From the human T2T-CHM13v2.0 reference genome, Homo sapiens, in NCBI RefSeq assembly GCF_009914755.1, contig NC_060947.1: a DNA stretch of 64,000 nt; one strand, given 5' to 3'. The stretch's first letter is position 1; every line of letters begins with the position of its first letter. Positions 16,861-37,699 of this stretch are shown one piece after another. The notes beneath the pieces were generated by a model that worked only from the letters and a program-made list of their open reading frames with translations, did not search any database and was not told where the DNA came from. The position numbers and the translations under genes were made by a program.

Positions 16861-16886
16861 AGGTAGCGAATCCTTCCCAAAGTAAA

Positions 16887-17252
16887 TGTCTTTGTCAATT
16901 CGGGCTGTCATAACAAAGTACTATAGACTGGATGGCTTGTAAACAACAAGAGTTTATTCCTCATGTTTCTGGAGTCTAAGATCAGGGTGCCAGCATGGTT
17001 GGGCTCTGGTGAGGGCCCTCTTCCCAGGGTTGCAGACTTCTAACTTTTCACTGTACTCTCACATGGTAGAAAGAGGGCAAACTAGCTTTCTGGCCTCTTC
17101 TTATAAAGGCATTAATTCCATTCATGAGGGCTCCATGCTTATTACCTAATTACCTCTCAAAGTCCCCACCTCCTAATATTATCACACTGGGCATTGGGAT
17201 TTCAACATATGGATTTTTTGAGGGAAGGAGGGACCCATTTAGACCATTGCAG
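16887..17252. mobile_element. MLT1A/MSTD-type MaLR LTR
   Basis: ataacaaagtactatagactgg...aagatcagggtgccagcatggttgggctctggtgagggcc. Confidence 0.8.
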
Positions 17253-17819
17253 TGGGAAAGAAGAGATTTGAAGGATAAGCAGAAGTTAGCCCATCAAATG
17301 TAGAGGACAAATGAGAGGATTCCAGGTAGAAGGATGGCAGGTGCAAATGACCCAAGGTAATAGGAAACATGGTGCTTTGGCAGTAAGTTATGAATTAGAG
17401 TGGAAGTGGACAGTCCTAAGTCTCCAAGTAGGCAAACATATAATTACAGAACACATTTAATTTTACTCTCTTTTCTGATCCCATTATTGCATTTGACAAA
17501 TCATTTCCATCAAACTAGACCAATGCTGCATTTATGTCTGTGATGAGCTTAAATCTTAGTAAGGACATTAATTGAATCTATTTGTATTTTTTTTCAAGGT
17601 ATTAAGCAAATCATCTTATTAGATACTCCACAAAGAGCATATTTGTAGTAAGTAATGACACAATTTTAGATTATTACCACTAAACTCTTTTAAAGATAAT
17701 TTATAATCTACTTAAGAATTACACAGCTATCACAATGTGCATCTTAACAAAGGCACAAAAAGATAATGCTCCTCCATGGTTTATTATGATTTTGTGTATA
17801 AAAAGAAGATATATGAATA

Positions 17820-18700
17820 CTTTTTTTCTCAACTTTTATTTTAGTTTCGGGGGTACATGTGCAGATTTGTCACATGGGTAATTGTATGTTGCTGAGGTTT
17901 GGTGTATAAATCATCTCACCACCCAGATTGTGAGCACAGTACTTGATAGGTAGTTTTTCAACCCTCGCCCCCCTCCAGCCTCCCGTCTAGTATTCCCCAG
18001 TGTCTGTTGTTTTCATCTTTATGTCCATGTGCACCCAATGTTTAGCTCCCACTTATAAGTCAGAATACGAGACATACGGTTTTCTGTTTCTGCATTAGTT
18101 TGCTTAGGATTATGGCCTCCAGCTGCATTGGTGTTGCTGCAAAGAACATGATCTCATTCTTTTTTTAATGGCTGTGTAGTATTCCATTGTGAATATGTAC
18201 CACATTTTCTTTATCCAGTCCACCGTTGGTGGGCGGGTACCCGGGTTGATTCCATGTCTGCTATTGTGAATAGTGCTGCAATGAACATATGGGTGTGTGT
18301 GTCTTTTTGGTAGAACAATTTATTTTCCTTTGGATATATACTCAGTAATGGGGTGCTGAGTTAAATGGTCGTTCAACTCTAGTTCTTTGAGAAATCTTTA
18401 AAGTGTTCTCCATAGTGGCTGAACTAATTTACATTCCCACCAACAGTATATAAGTGTTCCCTTTTCTCTGCAGCCTCATCAACACCTGTTTTTCTTTTTT
18501 TTGCTTTTTAACAAAAGCCATTTTGACTGGTATGAGATGGTATTTTATTGTGGTTTTCATTTGCATTTCCCTGATGATTAGTGATGATGAGCACTTCTTC
18601 ATCTATTTGCTGGCCTCATAGGTGTCTTCTTTTGAGAAGTATCGTTCATGTCCTTTGCCCATTTTTAATGGTGTTGTTTTTTGATTGTTGAATTTTAAAG
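17820..18700 (-). mobile_element. L1PB/L1PA16-type 3' end
   Basis: caacttttattttag...gggtacatgtgcag...tttagctcccacttataagt. Confidence 0.85.
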
Positions 18701-19099
18701 TACTATAGATATGTACTTCTTTTTATTGTGGGCTTTTTCAAACCTACATAAAAATAGAGTGGTAATGAATTGCCATATTCTCACCAACCAACTTCAACAA
18801 TTATAAACTCATAACTAATCTCATTTAATCCTTCTAAAGAGTTTGGACTTAAAAATCCATAACTTCAGTGTTATTATTATTCATCAAACAATTAACAATA
18901 TTCCTTAACATTATTAAATCTTCATTTAGTGTTCTAATTTTCTTAATTGTCTAATTTTTCCTTTATAATTTGTTTAAAACAGGATTCAAAGTCCATATAT
19001 TGTATTTTATTGACTTTTTAAAAGTTTCTCTTAATTTGTTGGTTCTCTGTGTATTTTTATTTTAAATAAAATATTTATTTTAAATAAAATTTTATTTTA

Positions 19100-19234
19100 A
19101 AATTATTTTATTTTACTTTGAGGTGGGGATTTGCTATGTTGTCCAGGCTGGTCTTGAACTTCTGGGTTCAAGTGATCCTTCTGCCTCAGCCTCCCAAGTA
19201 GCTGGGATTACAGGCATATGCTACTACACCCAGC
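19100..19234 (-). mobile_element. FLAM / Alu left monomer
   Basis: Single antisense Alu arm with an AT-rich tail. Confidence 0.8.
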
Positions 19235-19608
19235 TTTATTTTAAAATTATTTCAACTTCTTTGTTGAAGAAAACAGGTTAATTTAGCCTGTAAAATTTTC
19301 CACATTCTGGAATTTACTGACTGCATCCCTGTGGTATTGATTAACATATTATTTTGCTTCCTAGTTTCCTGTAAACTGGTAGATCTAGAGGCTTGTTCTG
19401 ATTCAGGTTTGATTTTCTGGAAGGAATATTTCATAAATGTTATTTGTATTTCTTTCAAGAGGTACATACTATCTGACTGAAGCTCTCTTTTTTGTGATGT
19501 TAGTGGCCATCAATGGTCATAGCCTAGATTCATTATTTCCTTAGGGATTTGTAAGATGGTGATATTCAATTTCTGTAATTCCTTCTTCATTTATTGGTTA
19601 AAAAAAAT

Positions 19609-20273
<665 letters not shown>

Positions 20274-20489
20274 TAGCATCATCCTTCAAAGGTGGCCAAT
20301 AAAGATTTTTTTTTTGATATTATTATGAATTCTTAGAGTTTTAACATATTCGATGTGTTTCGACTCATCAGTTCATTGCAGTTGTTATTTTTAATGATGC
20401 TCAAATTTGCTGTTGCAATCATTTTCAAGTTGGCTCCTGAATGCTTTTGACACAACCCCACTAGCCCTTGATAGCTTTCTTGCTTGGTA

Positions 20490-21560
<1,071 letters not shown>

Positions 21561-22054
21561 CCTTCATGAAGCTGGCCTACCTGTATATTTCATTTCTTGC
21601 TTATATTTCCAGATGCTATCTATAATAGCTATGTAGCTATAATAGCTATAATAGCTCTATGCAGTTTATATCAAAGTCTTCTCTTTATGTGAGAAAGAAA
21701 GCAGGGTAGGCCAGGACTAACATTTGGTGAAGTCCTTTTATGTGTCAGACATTCTTTGTTGATTTTCTCATTATGTTCTCTCTTAGAGTCACGTAAAAGG
21801 TAAAATAAGGAGGGCAAGAAAACACAATTTTTTAAAAAAGGAAATGGCATAGGGATTTTCTATTTTTTTCTCAGCCCCAGAAGGTAATTACTCTTACAAT
21901 GCAGAAGTATCACCAGATACTATCTGCACAGGTTTTCCCATTTTTTCCTCACACCACTGTGGTAAAGCAGGGGGATCTGTCACCTCCACTGAGGAGACTG
22001 AGGCTCACAAGAGGTGATAACATATAAAACTCTATCAGTCATTTATGGAGTGGA

Positions 22055-22235
22055 GCAGAGGCTCTCAAAGTTCAGCATGCATCATCTGTAGGTGTATAAA
22101 CACTAATTGCTGGGCCCTGCCCCTAGAGTTTCTGATTCAGACCATCTGGTTGAGACCCAAAGATATGCATTTCTAAGAAGTTCCCAGGTAATGCTGATGC
22201 TACTGCTCTAGGGACCACAGTCTGAGAACCACTGG
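22055..22235. mobile_element. MER5A
   Basis: gctgggccc...agagtttctgattcag...tgcatttctaa...tgagaaccactg. Confidence 0.8.
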
Positions 22236-22978
22236 TCTGGCTAATAGACAAACAAACAAATAAACAAAACAGCATTTATTCTTTACAAGGTACATAGAGA
22301 ATTGCACTGAGCTGAGAGGATTGGTGGAAGTACATGGCCTGGAGTCAAAGCAAAGGGGTCAGAGTTTGCAGTGTACCTAGGCCCATGACCTGGGCCATTC
22401 ACTCAGGCAGGGGGTGACACTATATCATTCTCCTAAAATGTAAGGGAACCAGTCACTGGTCCTTAGAACAGCTCATGTGGGCATTGGTGATTTCATCACA
22501 TCTCTTACCCTGGGGAGCCTGGTGGGTGAGGGATTAAGCTCCAGGCTCCTGGGATCTCCCTTGATCTTAGCTATTCAAATTACTTATTATTAAATCCGTA
22601 ATTCAGATCAGGGTATAGGAAGTTAGGAGATGTTAAGTAAATCAGGGAAACTGTCTTATAAATGCTTACTTAGTAGTGAAACCTGGAATTACTGTAAAGC
22701 TTTCCCCATGGTGTCTGGAATCCACCAGGGCTCTAAGTACTCCAATCTGTCTGGGTAACTGATGCTGGGCGGGGTATGGCTTAGTTTTTTAAAATAGTGA
22801 AATATATTACTTTTAAATTATATTATTACTGAAAAATTTAAAACACAGTATATGGCAAAAAATCAGTAAAGCTTGTCTAAAATGATGACAGCAAATATTT
22901 GCAAACTATTAATATATGTAGCTAATTCTTATGATATAGGAAACCTTCCCAGTAGCCAATATAAAGAGATGGACAAAT

Positions 22979-23070
22979 GAGGTAAGCAGCCTCTAAGACG
23001 GTGATCTCAATGAGCCATGCCTCCTAGTGTTCATGCACTTGCATAATCCCTATCCTTGAGTGTGGGCTGG
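22979..23070. mobile_element. MLT1 LTR fragment
   Basis: gcagcctctaaga...ccttgagtgtgggctgg. Confidence 0.55.
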
Positions 23071-23219
23071 TAGTTAGGAGAGGCTTAAATAATGAAAACT
23101 GAAATTACTCTAAAGCTTTTCTGTTTGAAGCCTCCAGGGCTCTGAATGCTCTGATTTCCCTGGGTGCTGGCACTTGATGCTCTCCATGGTATTGCTCAAT
23201 TTCTGTTATAATGAACTGT

Positions 23220-23940
23220 TTTATTTATTTATTTGTACAATATAACATAATATTTACCATTTTAATCATTTTAAAGTGTACAGCTCAGTGGCATTAAGTA
23301 CTCTCACATTGTTGTGCAACCATCACCACTGTCCATCTCCAGAACTCTTCATTTTGAATAAAACTCTATACCCATTAAATGATAACTTCCTATTCTCTTT
23401 TTCCTTAGACTCTGGCAACCACCATCCTTTTCTCTGTATAAATTTGACTACTCTGGGTAGTTCATACAAGTGGAATCATACCACTTTTGTCCTTTTGTGT
23501 CTGGCTTCTTTCACTTAGCATAATGTTTTCAGAGTCAGCATGTAACAGACTTTCCTTCCTTTTTAAGGCTGAATAATATTCCATTGTATGGATATACTGT
23601 CTTTTGTTTATCCATTCATCCATTCGTGGACATTTGGTGGTTTCTACCTTTTGGCTATTGTGAGTAATGCTGCTGTGAGCATGGGTGTGCAAATATATGT
23701 TCAAGTCTCTGTTTCATTTCTTTTGGCTATATACCCAGAAGTGGAATTTCTGGATCATATGGTAATTCTATGCCTAATATTTTGAGGAACTGCCATACTA
23801 TTTTCCACAGTGGCTGCACCATTTTATATTCCTACAAGCAATACACAAGGGTTCCAATTTCTCCACATCCTCACCAACACTTAACTATTTTCTCCCTCTC
23901 TTTTTTTTTAAATAATAGCCATCCTAATGGGTGTGATTTA
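23220..23940 (-). mobile_element. L1MB 3' end
   Basis: aagtgtacagctcagtggcattaagta...ccatctccagaact; peptide HTMEYYSALKRKE. Confidence 0.88.
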
Positions 23941-24522
23941 TTATTTATTTTTAAAACTAAACTTTATTTTGTAATAATTTTAAATTTACAAAGCTGTATA
24001 ATTTTAATTAACATTATTGAAAAATTTAAAACACTGTGTATTGCAGAAAAAAAGGTAAAAGTTATGTGAAAAGTAGAGAGAATATTTGCAAACTAATGGG
24101 GCTTATATTTGTGATATGTTAGGCAGACTTACTGACCAACAGTGGGTCAATGATGTCAAAAGAAAATTCACTGAAAGAGCAATATTTATGTCAGTAAACA
24201 TTGCTAATGAAATATCAATGAAAGTCAGAGATATATTAAGTGAAATAGGAAAATTGCAGAAGAATATGTTATGACTACAGTTTTGAAGAATATGTGTATT
24301 TTGTATATTTTATGTAAATATTTTTCTTTATATGTAGCTATACAGTAGTAAATTACGTGTACATAAACACATCTGGAGAACATGCACCTATTTTCAGTGA
24401 AAATCTTTGGGTCAGGGAGTGAGAGTCAGGCAGATGAAAGGATAAATTTAATTTACACATACACCTTTTTGGCTTGTTTGAAATTTTGTAATCAGGAACA
24501 TTTATTAAGATAAAAATTTGTA

Positions 24523-24929
<407 letters not shown>

Positions 24930-25904
24930 TTAAAGCAACTGATTTGGTGATGTATCTACTTATGTGTGTGTTGCTATGTCTCAAACTTCTTCACCCCAAA
25001 TAATCACACACTCACACATGCAGCTTTCCCTTCAGCTCAGGCTGGAAGTGGATGTCTAGTTTTAGGGCTTAGAGACCACAGAAAGTCCTATATTCAGAGG
25101 ATTGCTGCCAGTGGGTGGTCATTCCAGAAAGATCTGGCCGGTGCCAATAAGTCCAAGCCTTTCCCTCCTTTCCTCCTTCCCTTGCAAAGCCCTCTGTCCT
25201 GACTTTCATAATTGCAACTCTGATTCTAATCACCAGGTGGCTCCATTCTGTCTCTCTTTCTCCATCAAGGTTGGCTGATGTCCACACTGCAGAGCACTCT
25301 CTGGAGAGAGGAGGTGGTTCAAGTCCTCAAATACCATACACCTATAATGACTTCCCGAATCAGGCCACTTTACATACAGCTGCTCAGAACGGTTTCCCTG
25401 AAGTTAGCTCTAATATTGTCACACAAACACCCTCAGAGGCAATCCACTACCCACCCAAGAGAACTATGCACTCTTTCCCAGCTGGCATGCAAGGCTCCTC
25501 ATCCCATGGATCCAGACTACATTTCCAGCACTCTCTTGCAAGTGCTCTTGGCAAACTGTACCACTGCTCCTCTTTCAAGGGACTCTTGTCTTTTTTGTGT
25601 GCCTCTCCATTAGGTTAGGGGTCAATTTGCATAGACTTTGGCCCCTGCCCACACATGATAACATTAAATATTTAGATCAATCCTTTGAGGAGGGATTGTT
25701 ATCCTCATTTTAAAGAAGTGGAAACTGAACCTCAGGGAAAGTGAGAACCAGTCTTGTCTTCGGGAAAGACACTGGGGTTATAGAAGTAAGAGACCCAGTG
25801 GTAGCTTGGTAGTGATAATGAACAGTATTATTTTGCTCTATAACAAAGAGGAATGGATAAAGTGCTTGCTACAATTAAGTGCCTACTATGTGTAGTATTA
25901 ATTT

Positions 25905-26562
<658 letters not shown>

Positions 26563-27199
26563 TGTGTTCATTGTAGAACATTTAGAAAATATATTAAAAC
26601 AGAGAGAGAATGGGAATGAACACCCACAATACCACAACTAGAACAGCCCATCCCTTTCTAGGATTTGCTAACATCAAGTGGTAGGTTCAAGAATGTCAAG
26701 TTATACCTATAAAATAAGTGAAGATAGGTCAAGAGAGGGTGAAAACGTTTCCAGGTTCCATCTTACTCTGACTCCAATATGCACAACTCCAATTTTACTG
26801 CATTGCTTCCCCTTTTAGATGATGGATTTCTAGATTTCTAGAGCTCAGGATATGGCTGTGTTACATTTGTTTGGAATGGTGCACATATATTATGAAATGA
26901 TGCGTATATATGGGTACCAGTTTATGTATCTCTCTTGATGGAGATAAAATCCCTTTCTTTGTGCTAAAGGGCCAAGGTGTATGACCAACATCACTTGGTC
27001 TCCAAGGCAGTAATATATATAGAAAATCTCACAGGCTTTGGAATCACAGATGGAGTGCGGAATGCAGGCAAGGGATCTAATACTTATTTAGGAGTGTGCT
27101 ATAGTCAGACAATGTAAAATTTATACTAGGCTTGAGTAATGTCTAGGATGTATTTTTTATTCTCTAAGGTAACCACTACATGAATAGTAATAGAATCTA

Positions 27200-29050
27200 T
27201 AATTAACAAGATAATGGGGAAAATGGAATTATAAAAAACCATTATGCATTTCAAAAGAGGGCAAGAGAAAAGAGAAAAAGCAATATAAAACAGGAAGAAC
27301 AAATACAAAGCAAAAAGTAAGATGGTAGATTTAAGCCCCAAAATACCAAATATACCATCTATATAATATATATTATAGGTAAGCAGCCTAAACATTCCAG
27401 TTAAAACACAAAATCAGAATGTATTAAAAAATAACTACATGTTGTCTATAAGAGATCCACTTTTAATATGAAGCCACAGAAGGCTAAAAGTAAAAAGATG
27501 GAAAAAGATATGCCATGCAAATATTAACAAAAAAGCTGATGTAGTTGTATTAATATCAGATAAAGTAGACTTTAAAGCAAGAAGTGGTAGTAAAGACAAA
27601 AAGGGACATTTCGTAATGATAAAAGAGTCAATTCAGCAGGAAGATCAAATAATTCTAAATTTGCATGCATCTAATAATACAGCTTTTAATAATATAACAA
27701 CATTATGTTTGTGAGATTCATCCATTTGGTTACATGCGGCAGTAGTTTGTTCATTATTATTGCCGCATGGTGTTTCATTGTATAAACTTTTCTCAGTATT
27801 GGTAAAATAAGACAAAAATAAGTAAGACTAACAAATATTTGAATTGCACAAGTAATCTTAACATAACTGACAAATGTAGAACCCTGCACTCTAAAACTGC
27901 AGAATACAGTTTATTTTTAGGTACAAGGAGCATCTACAAAATTTCACTACATGAAAGGCATAAATTTAGTCTCAACAAACAGCAAAGGGTGAAATAACAC
28001 AGTGTATATCCTTTAGCTATTGCAAAATTAAGCTACAACTTTAAAATTATTAAAATTATAAAATGTCTAGAAGAAAATATAATAGAAAATATTTGTGATC
28101 TTGTGTTTGGCAAACTTTTTTTGGTAGGACACAAATAGGACAAACCATAAACGGTGAATAAATAAACTGGATGTACCCAAATAAAGACTACTGCCCTTTC
28201 TAAGATGCTGTTAAGGAAATGAAAGCTGAACTATAGACAGGGATGAAATATTTGTAACTTAACAAAGCTAATAAAGGACTTTATCCAGAATATATAAAGA
28301 ACTCTCACAATTCGATATTAAGAAAACAACAACTGAATTTTAAAAATACAGGTAAAAGATTAGAATATCTGCATCTGTTAGAGTGGCTTTAAAAATGACA
28401 AAACCAAGTGCATGTCAGAATTGGAGCAACTGGAACTCTCATATGATTCTAGTGGGAATGTAAAATGGTACAGCCACTTTGGAAAAGAGTTTTGTATAGA
28501 GTTAAACATACACTTCCCATGTGACTCAACAATCCCACTCCTCAGTATTTACCCAAGAGAAATAAAAACATAGGTCCACACAAAGACTTGCATGCAAATA
28601 TTTATAGCAGCTTTCTTGGTAATTGGCCTAACCTAGAAACAACCCAAGTGTCCATCATCTGGTGAATAAATAAATTGTACTATACAATGGCATACTACTT
28701 AGCAATAAGAAGGACCAAGCAATTAATACAAGCAACAACATGAATGAAGCTCAAAAGCACTATGTTAAATGAATCTCAGACATAAAAAGTCTTGTTTCAT
28801 TTATATGACATTCCGAGAAAAGCAAAAGTTATAGGACAGAAATCAGATCAGTGGTTTTTTGGGGGTGCTGAGGCTGAAGAGAGAGGGTTGACTATATGGT
28901 ACAAGGGCACTTGGTGGGGTGATGAAAATATTCTGTATCTTGATCGTGGTGGTAGTTACATGACTACATACACTTGCCAGAACTCATAGAACTTTACACC
29001 CTAGAAGAACAAACTTTACTGTGTGTAAATTATACACCAATAAACCTGAT
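27200..29050 (+). mobile_element. Old L1M fragments (ORF2 endonuclease region, then an L1MC/MD-type 3' end)
   Basis: aatatcagataaagtagactttaaagcaag (EN region); gtgggaatgtaaaatggtacagccactttggaaa; AATAAA at ~29039. Confidence 0.75.
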
Positions 29051-29319
29051 TAAAGTGATCCCTTTTGCTAATTTGTAATTAATCTCTTTTGCTAATTTGC
29101 ACAAAGCCATGTGCCAACTGGGTGGCATCTTCCTAGAGGAATCTCTTTTGTCTCATTTATGCAAAGGCAACAAATGAGATAGTAGTGGCCTTATCTTATT
29201 CCATATTGAATCCTTTTTATTTTTGTATTTTTAAAAATTTTGGTAAAATTATATATAGAGAAATACACAAATATTAAGAACATAATTAAAAAATACACTT
29301 GATTTTTAAAAGCCTATGA

Positions 29320-29612
29320 TTTTTCTTTTGAGACAGGGTCTCGCTCTGTTGTCCAGGCTGGAGTGCTATGGTGTGATCTGGGCTCACTGCAACCTTCACT
29401 TCTCAGGTTCACGTGATTCTCGTGCCTCAGCCACCTGAGTAGCTGGGATTACAGGCATGCGCCACCATGCCCGGCTAATTTTTTGTATTTTAAGTAGAGA
29501 TGGGGTTTCACCATGTTGGCCAGGATGGTCTCAAACTCCTGGCTTCAAGTGATCTGCCTGCCTTGGCCTCCCAAAATGCTGGGATTACAGGCATGATCCA
29601 CCACACCTGGCC
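29320..29612 (-). mobile_element. Alu
   Basis: Antisense Alu dimer. Confidence 0.92.
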
Positions 29613-30446
29613 AAAACCTATGAATTTAAAAAAGGCTGGAAAGAAACCATCAAAGCATCTATCTCAAGGAGCTAGGAAAAAAATCCCAACCAAACAGATC
29701 AAACTGGGTTAAGCTGGTGATGATGATATAATTCCTCTTTTGTAAAGTTATGTTTTTCCCTCATGGCTATAGCACCTGATGATACAAGCATCCATCCATG
29801 ATCCTTTTCTGAATCAATTATTTCATGGTGGGGGGGGGACGGTGTCATAAAATAATCTTTGAATTCTATCATTTTTCTATGTGTATTAGTTAACATTCTC
29901 CTAATCTAGAAGGAAGCACTTTCCCTCATTAACTGGGCTTTTTGGTTACCCAAAACATGGTTTCTGCTGGAAAGGCAAGTAACTGCCTAATTCTTCTCCT
30001 CTAATGAAACCATTGCTCCACTTAGTCATTGTTTTGTTGAGTCCAACAGATTTAGAAAATATAAGAACTTATGTTCCAGTTCAAACTGTTGCTTTGGGTG
30101 TTAGTTAAGATGAATTGGTTTGATTGGATAGTGCTAAATTTATAATTAATTTGAGGAAGAACATAATATGGAATAGTATGTACAATATGATCCTTGTGTT
30201 TAACCTATATATTCTCATATAGATACAGGCATATATGGGTAAAGTATATGGCATTTAGTTAAGTATATGGTAAATGTTGCATTTCAAGTTCTAATAGGGG
30301 AAAGGATCTCTTCAACAGATGCTCCTGGGAATCTGGGTATCCATATGAAAAAAAAAAATCAGAGTCCTATCTTATGCCACTTATTAAGTTCCAAATAGAT
30401 TTTTAGAACTTAGAATAGTACTATATCAGTATAGGGGAGTATTTTT

Positions 30447-30751
30447 CTTTTCTTTTTTTTCTTTTTTTTTGAGACAGGGTCTCATTCTGTCGCCCAGGCT
30501 GGAGTGCAGTGGTGTGATCATGGCTCACTGCAGCCTCGGCCTTCCTGGGTCCAGGTGATCCTCCTGCCTCAGCCTCTCAAGTAGCTGGGACTATAGGCAC
30601 GCGCCACCATGCCTGACTAATTTTTGTATTTTTTTGTGGAGAGGAGGTTTCACCATGTTGCCCAGGCTAGTCTCTAACTAGTCTCAAACGACCCACCCGC
30701 CTTGGCCTCCCAAAGTGCTGGGATTACAGGTGTGAGGCACCACGCCTGTCC
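30447..30751 (-). mobile_element. AluJ-like
   Basis: Antisense Alu; TSD tagg(g/a)gagtattttt. Confidence 0.9.
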
Positions 30752-30755
30752 TTAG

Positions 30756-31000
<245 letters not shown>

Positions 31001-31019
31001 TAGGAGAGTATTTTTCATA

Positions 31020-31720
31020 GGCTTCAGTTGGGGAAGAAAAAAGCCATAAATAAAAAGACTGATGCATTTAACTACATCAAAATGGAAAAACTTCAGTATA
31101 TAGAAAGACAACACAGACAAGATTAAAACAAGCTACAGACTAGGAGAAAATATTTACAACATATAAAACAGAGAAACAAGTACTATCTATACTAAATACA
31201 GCCCTTCTGCAAAATCAGTAAGATAAAGGTAATATCTTTTGTGCCAGGAAAACAGGCAAAGCATGTGAACAGGCAATTTACAGAGCTACAAGTAACCAAT
31301 AAACATGTGAACAGAGGCACAACCTCACTACTTAACAGAGAAATGTAATCTGCAACATTGTTATACCACTTATCAGTTATCCAATTGTCAAAATTTGCAA
31401 AGATAATTTTTGCAGCATTGTTTTTTATTGCTTAAAATTAAAGAAAACCTAAATGTCCATCAGTAGAGGAATGGCTAAATAAACCATACTATAGCCACAC
31501 TATGGAATACAATACAACAGTTAAAAGGATCAACATTTATTGACAAGAAAAGAGCCCCAAGACATATTGTAGAATGAAAATATCAAGTTGTGAAACATAT
31601 GTACCATTTGATACCCTCTAACAATATTTCTATAGGTACATATATATGCATGAAACTCATAGAAAAAGGTCTGGCATGATACACACCAAACTAATAAAGT
31701 GGCTTTCTCTGGAGAGGGAA
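31020..31720 (+). mobile_element. Old L1ME-type 3' fragment
   Basis: aaacctaaatgtccatcagtagaggaatggctaaataaa...tatggaatac. Confidence 0.6.
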
Positions 31721-31887
31721 TTAAGGTATATTGAAGTATAATTTATATACAATATATCACACACATCTTAAATGTTCAATTTGAAGAGTTCTAACAATCA
31801 TATAATCCCATGTTACCACCACACAAAACAAGATGTAGAATGTTTTCATCATCCCGAAAGGTCCTTTGTGCCTGTTTCTAGTCAATT

Positions 31888-32331
31888 TGAGGTAGAAGGT
31901 GGGACTCTACTCCAGGGGTGGAGCTCAGACACCAGACCAAATTGAGGACTAGCTAAAATAGGGACTGGGCTGAAGCAGGTTTCCATAAGACATGCCCACC
32001 CACCAGTGCACCATGTCAATTTACCATGGCCATGGCAACACCTGGAAGTTACCACCCCTTTTCTAGAAATTTCTGAATAACCTGTCCCTTAATTTGCGTA
32101 TAATTAAAAGTGGGTATAGGTATGGCTGCAGAACTGCCCCAGAGCTGCTACTCTGGGCACACTGCCTATGGGTTAGCCCTGTTCCGCAAGTGTTCTGCTG
32201 CTGCTGTACACTGCCACATCAATAAAAGTTGCTGTCTAATGTCACCTGCTGGCCCTTGAATTCTTTTCTGGGAGAAGCCAAGAACTCTCCTGGGCTAAGC
32301 CTCAATTTTGGGGCTTGCCTGCCCAGTGTCA
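31888..32331 (+). mobile_element. ERV1 solo LTR (LTR19/MER66-like)
   Basis: TG...CA termini, gaccaaattgaggactagctaaaa, ccatggcaac, AATAAA at 32221; inserted into an antisense L1M. Confidence 0.75.
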
Positions 32332-32334
32332 GAT

Positions 32335-33600
<1,266 letters not shown>

Positions 33601-34010
33601 TTGGCTTCTACTTCTAGTATGCTAGGAACACGGAAGAGGTATTTGTCCCTCTGAAACAGGTTTTATGGAACAGGCTATCAGATTTAGAGAGAATGGATAA
33701 TAGAAATTAAATGTCCATGTCTGATAGCTTTGAAGAGAGCAGTGGTTCTCCCAGCACGCAGCTGGAGATTTGAGAACGGGCAGACTGCCTCTTCAAGTGG
33801 GTCCCTGACCCCTGACCCTGGAGCAGCCTAACTAGGAGGCACCCCCCAGCAGGGGCACACTGACACCTCACACAGCAGGGTACTCCAACAGACCTGCAGC
33901 TGAGGGTCCTGTCTGTTAGAAGGAAAACTAACAAACAGAAAGGACATCCACACCAAAAACCCATCTGTACATCACCATCATCAAAGACCAAAAGTAGATA
34001 AAACCACAAA

Positions 34011-35028
34011 GGTGGGGAAAAAATAGAACAGAAAAACTGGAAACTCTAAAACGCAGAGCGCCTCTCCTCCTCCAAAGGAACGCAGTTCCTCACCAGCAAC
34101 GGAACAAAGCTGGATGGAGAATGACTTTGACGAGCTGAGAGAAGAAGGCTTCAGACGATCAAATTACTCTGAGCTACGGGAGGACATTCAAACCAAAGGC
34201 AAAGAAGTTGAAAACTTTGAAAAAAATTTAGAAGAATGTATAACTAGAATAACCAATACAGAGAAGTGCTTAAAGGAGCTGATGGAGCTGAAAACCAAGG
34301 CTCGAGAACTACGTGAAGAATGCAGAAGCCTCAGGAGCCGATGCGATCAACTGGAAGAAAGGGTATCAGCAATGGAAGATGAAATGAATGAAATGAAGTG
34401 AGAAGGGAAGTTTAGAGAAAAAAGAATAAAAAGAAATGAGCAAAGCCTCCAAGAAATATGGGACTATGTGAAAAGACCAAATCTACGTCTGATTGGTGTA
34501 CCTGAAAGTGATGGGGAGAATGGAACCAAGTTGGAAAACACTCTGCAGGATATTATCCAGGAGAACTTCCCCAATCTAGCAAGGCAGGCCAACATTCAGA
34601 TTCAGGAAATACAGAGAACGCCACAAAGACACTCCTCGAGAAGAGCAACTCCAAGACACATAATTGTCAGATTCACCAAAGTTGAAATGAAGGAAAAAAT
34701 GTTAAGGGCAGCCAGAGAGAAAGGTCGGGTTACCCTCAAAGGGAAGCCCATCAGACTAACAGCGGATCTCTCGGCAGAAACCCTACAAGCCAGAAGAGAG
34801 TGGGGGCCAATATTCAACATTCTTAAAGAAAAGAATTTTCAACCCAGAATTTCATATCCAGCCAAACTAAACTTCATAAGTGAAGGAGAAATAAAATACT
34901 TTACAGACAAGCAAATGCTGAGAGATTTTGTCACCACCAGGCCTGCCCTAAAAGAGCTCCTGAAGGAAGCGCTAAACATGGAAAGGAACAGCCGGTACCA
35001 GCCGCTGCAAAATCATGCCAAAATGTAA
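34011..35028 (+). pseudogene. L1 ORF1, disabled
   Basis: Start ATG>GTG, TAG at codon 5, CGA>TGA at 34399-34401. Confidence 0.9.
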
Positions 35029-35064
35029 AGACCATTGAGACTAGGAAGAAACTGCATCAACTAA

Positions 35065-37490
<2,426 letters not shown>

Positions 37491-37699
37491 GGACTTCTTT
37501 GTAGGTATCTGCAAAAGAAAAAAGCTATGAGGGCTGACAAAAGTTGGGGGGGTGTAATACAAATAGAATGCATAACCTCCAAACCACTATAGGTAAAATA
37601 AATTGATCTAACACAAAGCTGGCAGTGGGCGGCGGGGAGGGGTGTGCGGGGAAGGAACAAAAAAGCATGGTAAGCAGAAAATGCAAAAACAAATGGCAT

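Noticed and set aside
17700-17760. Antisense atgcacattgt matching the ARMCX4 3' UTR at ~58111
   Set aside because: Only 11 nt with no extendable homology; not enough to call an ARMCX pseudogene.
19053-19112. AT-rich quasi-palindrome
   Set aside because: Short and imperfect; best explained as the decayed tail of the adjacent FLAM.
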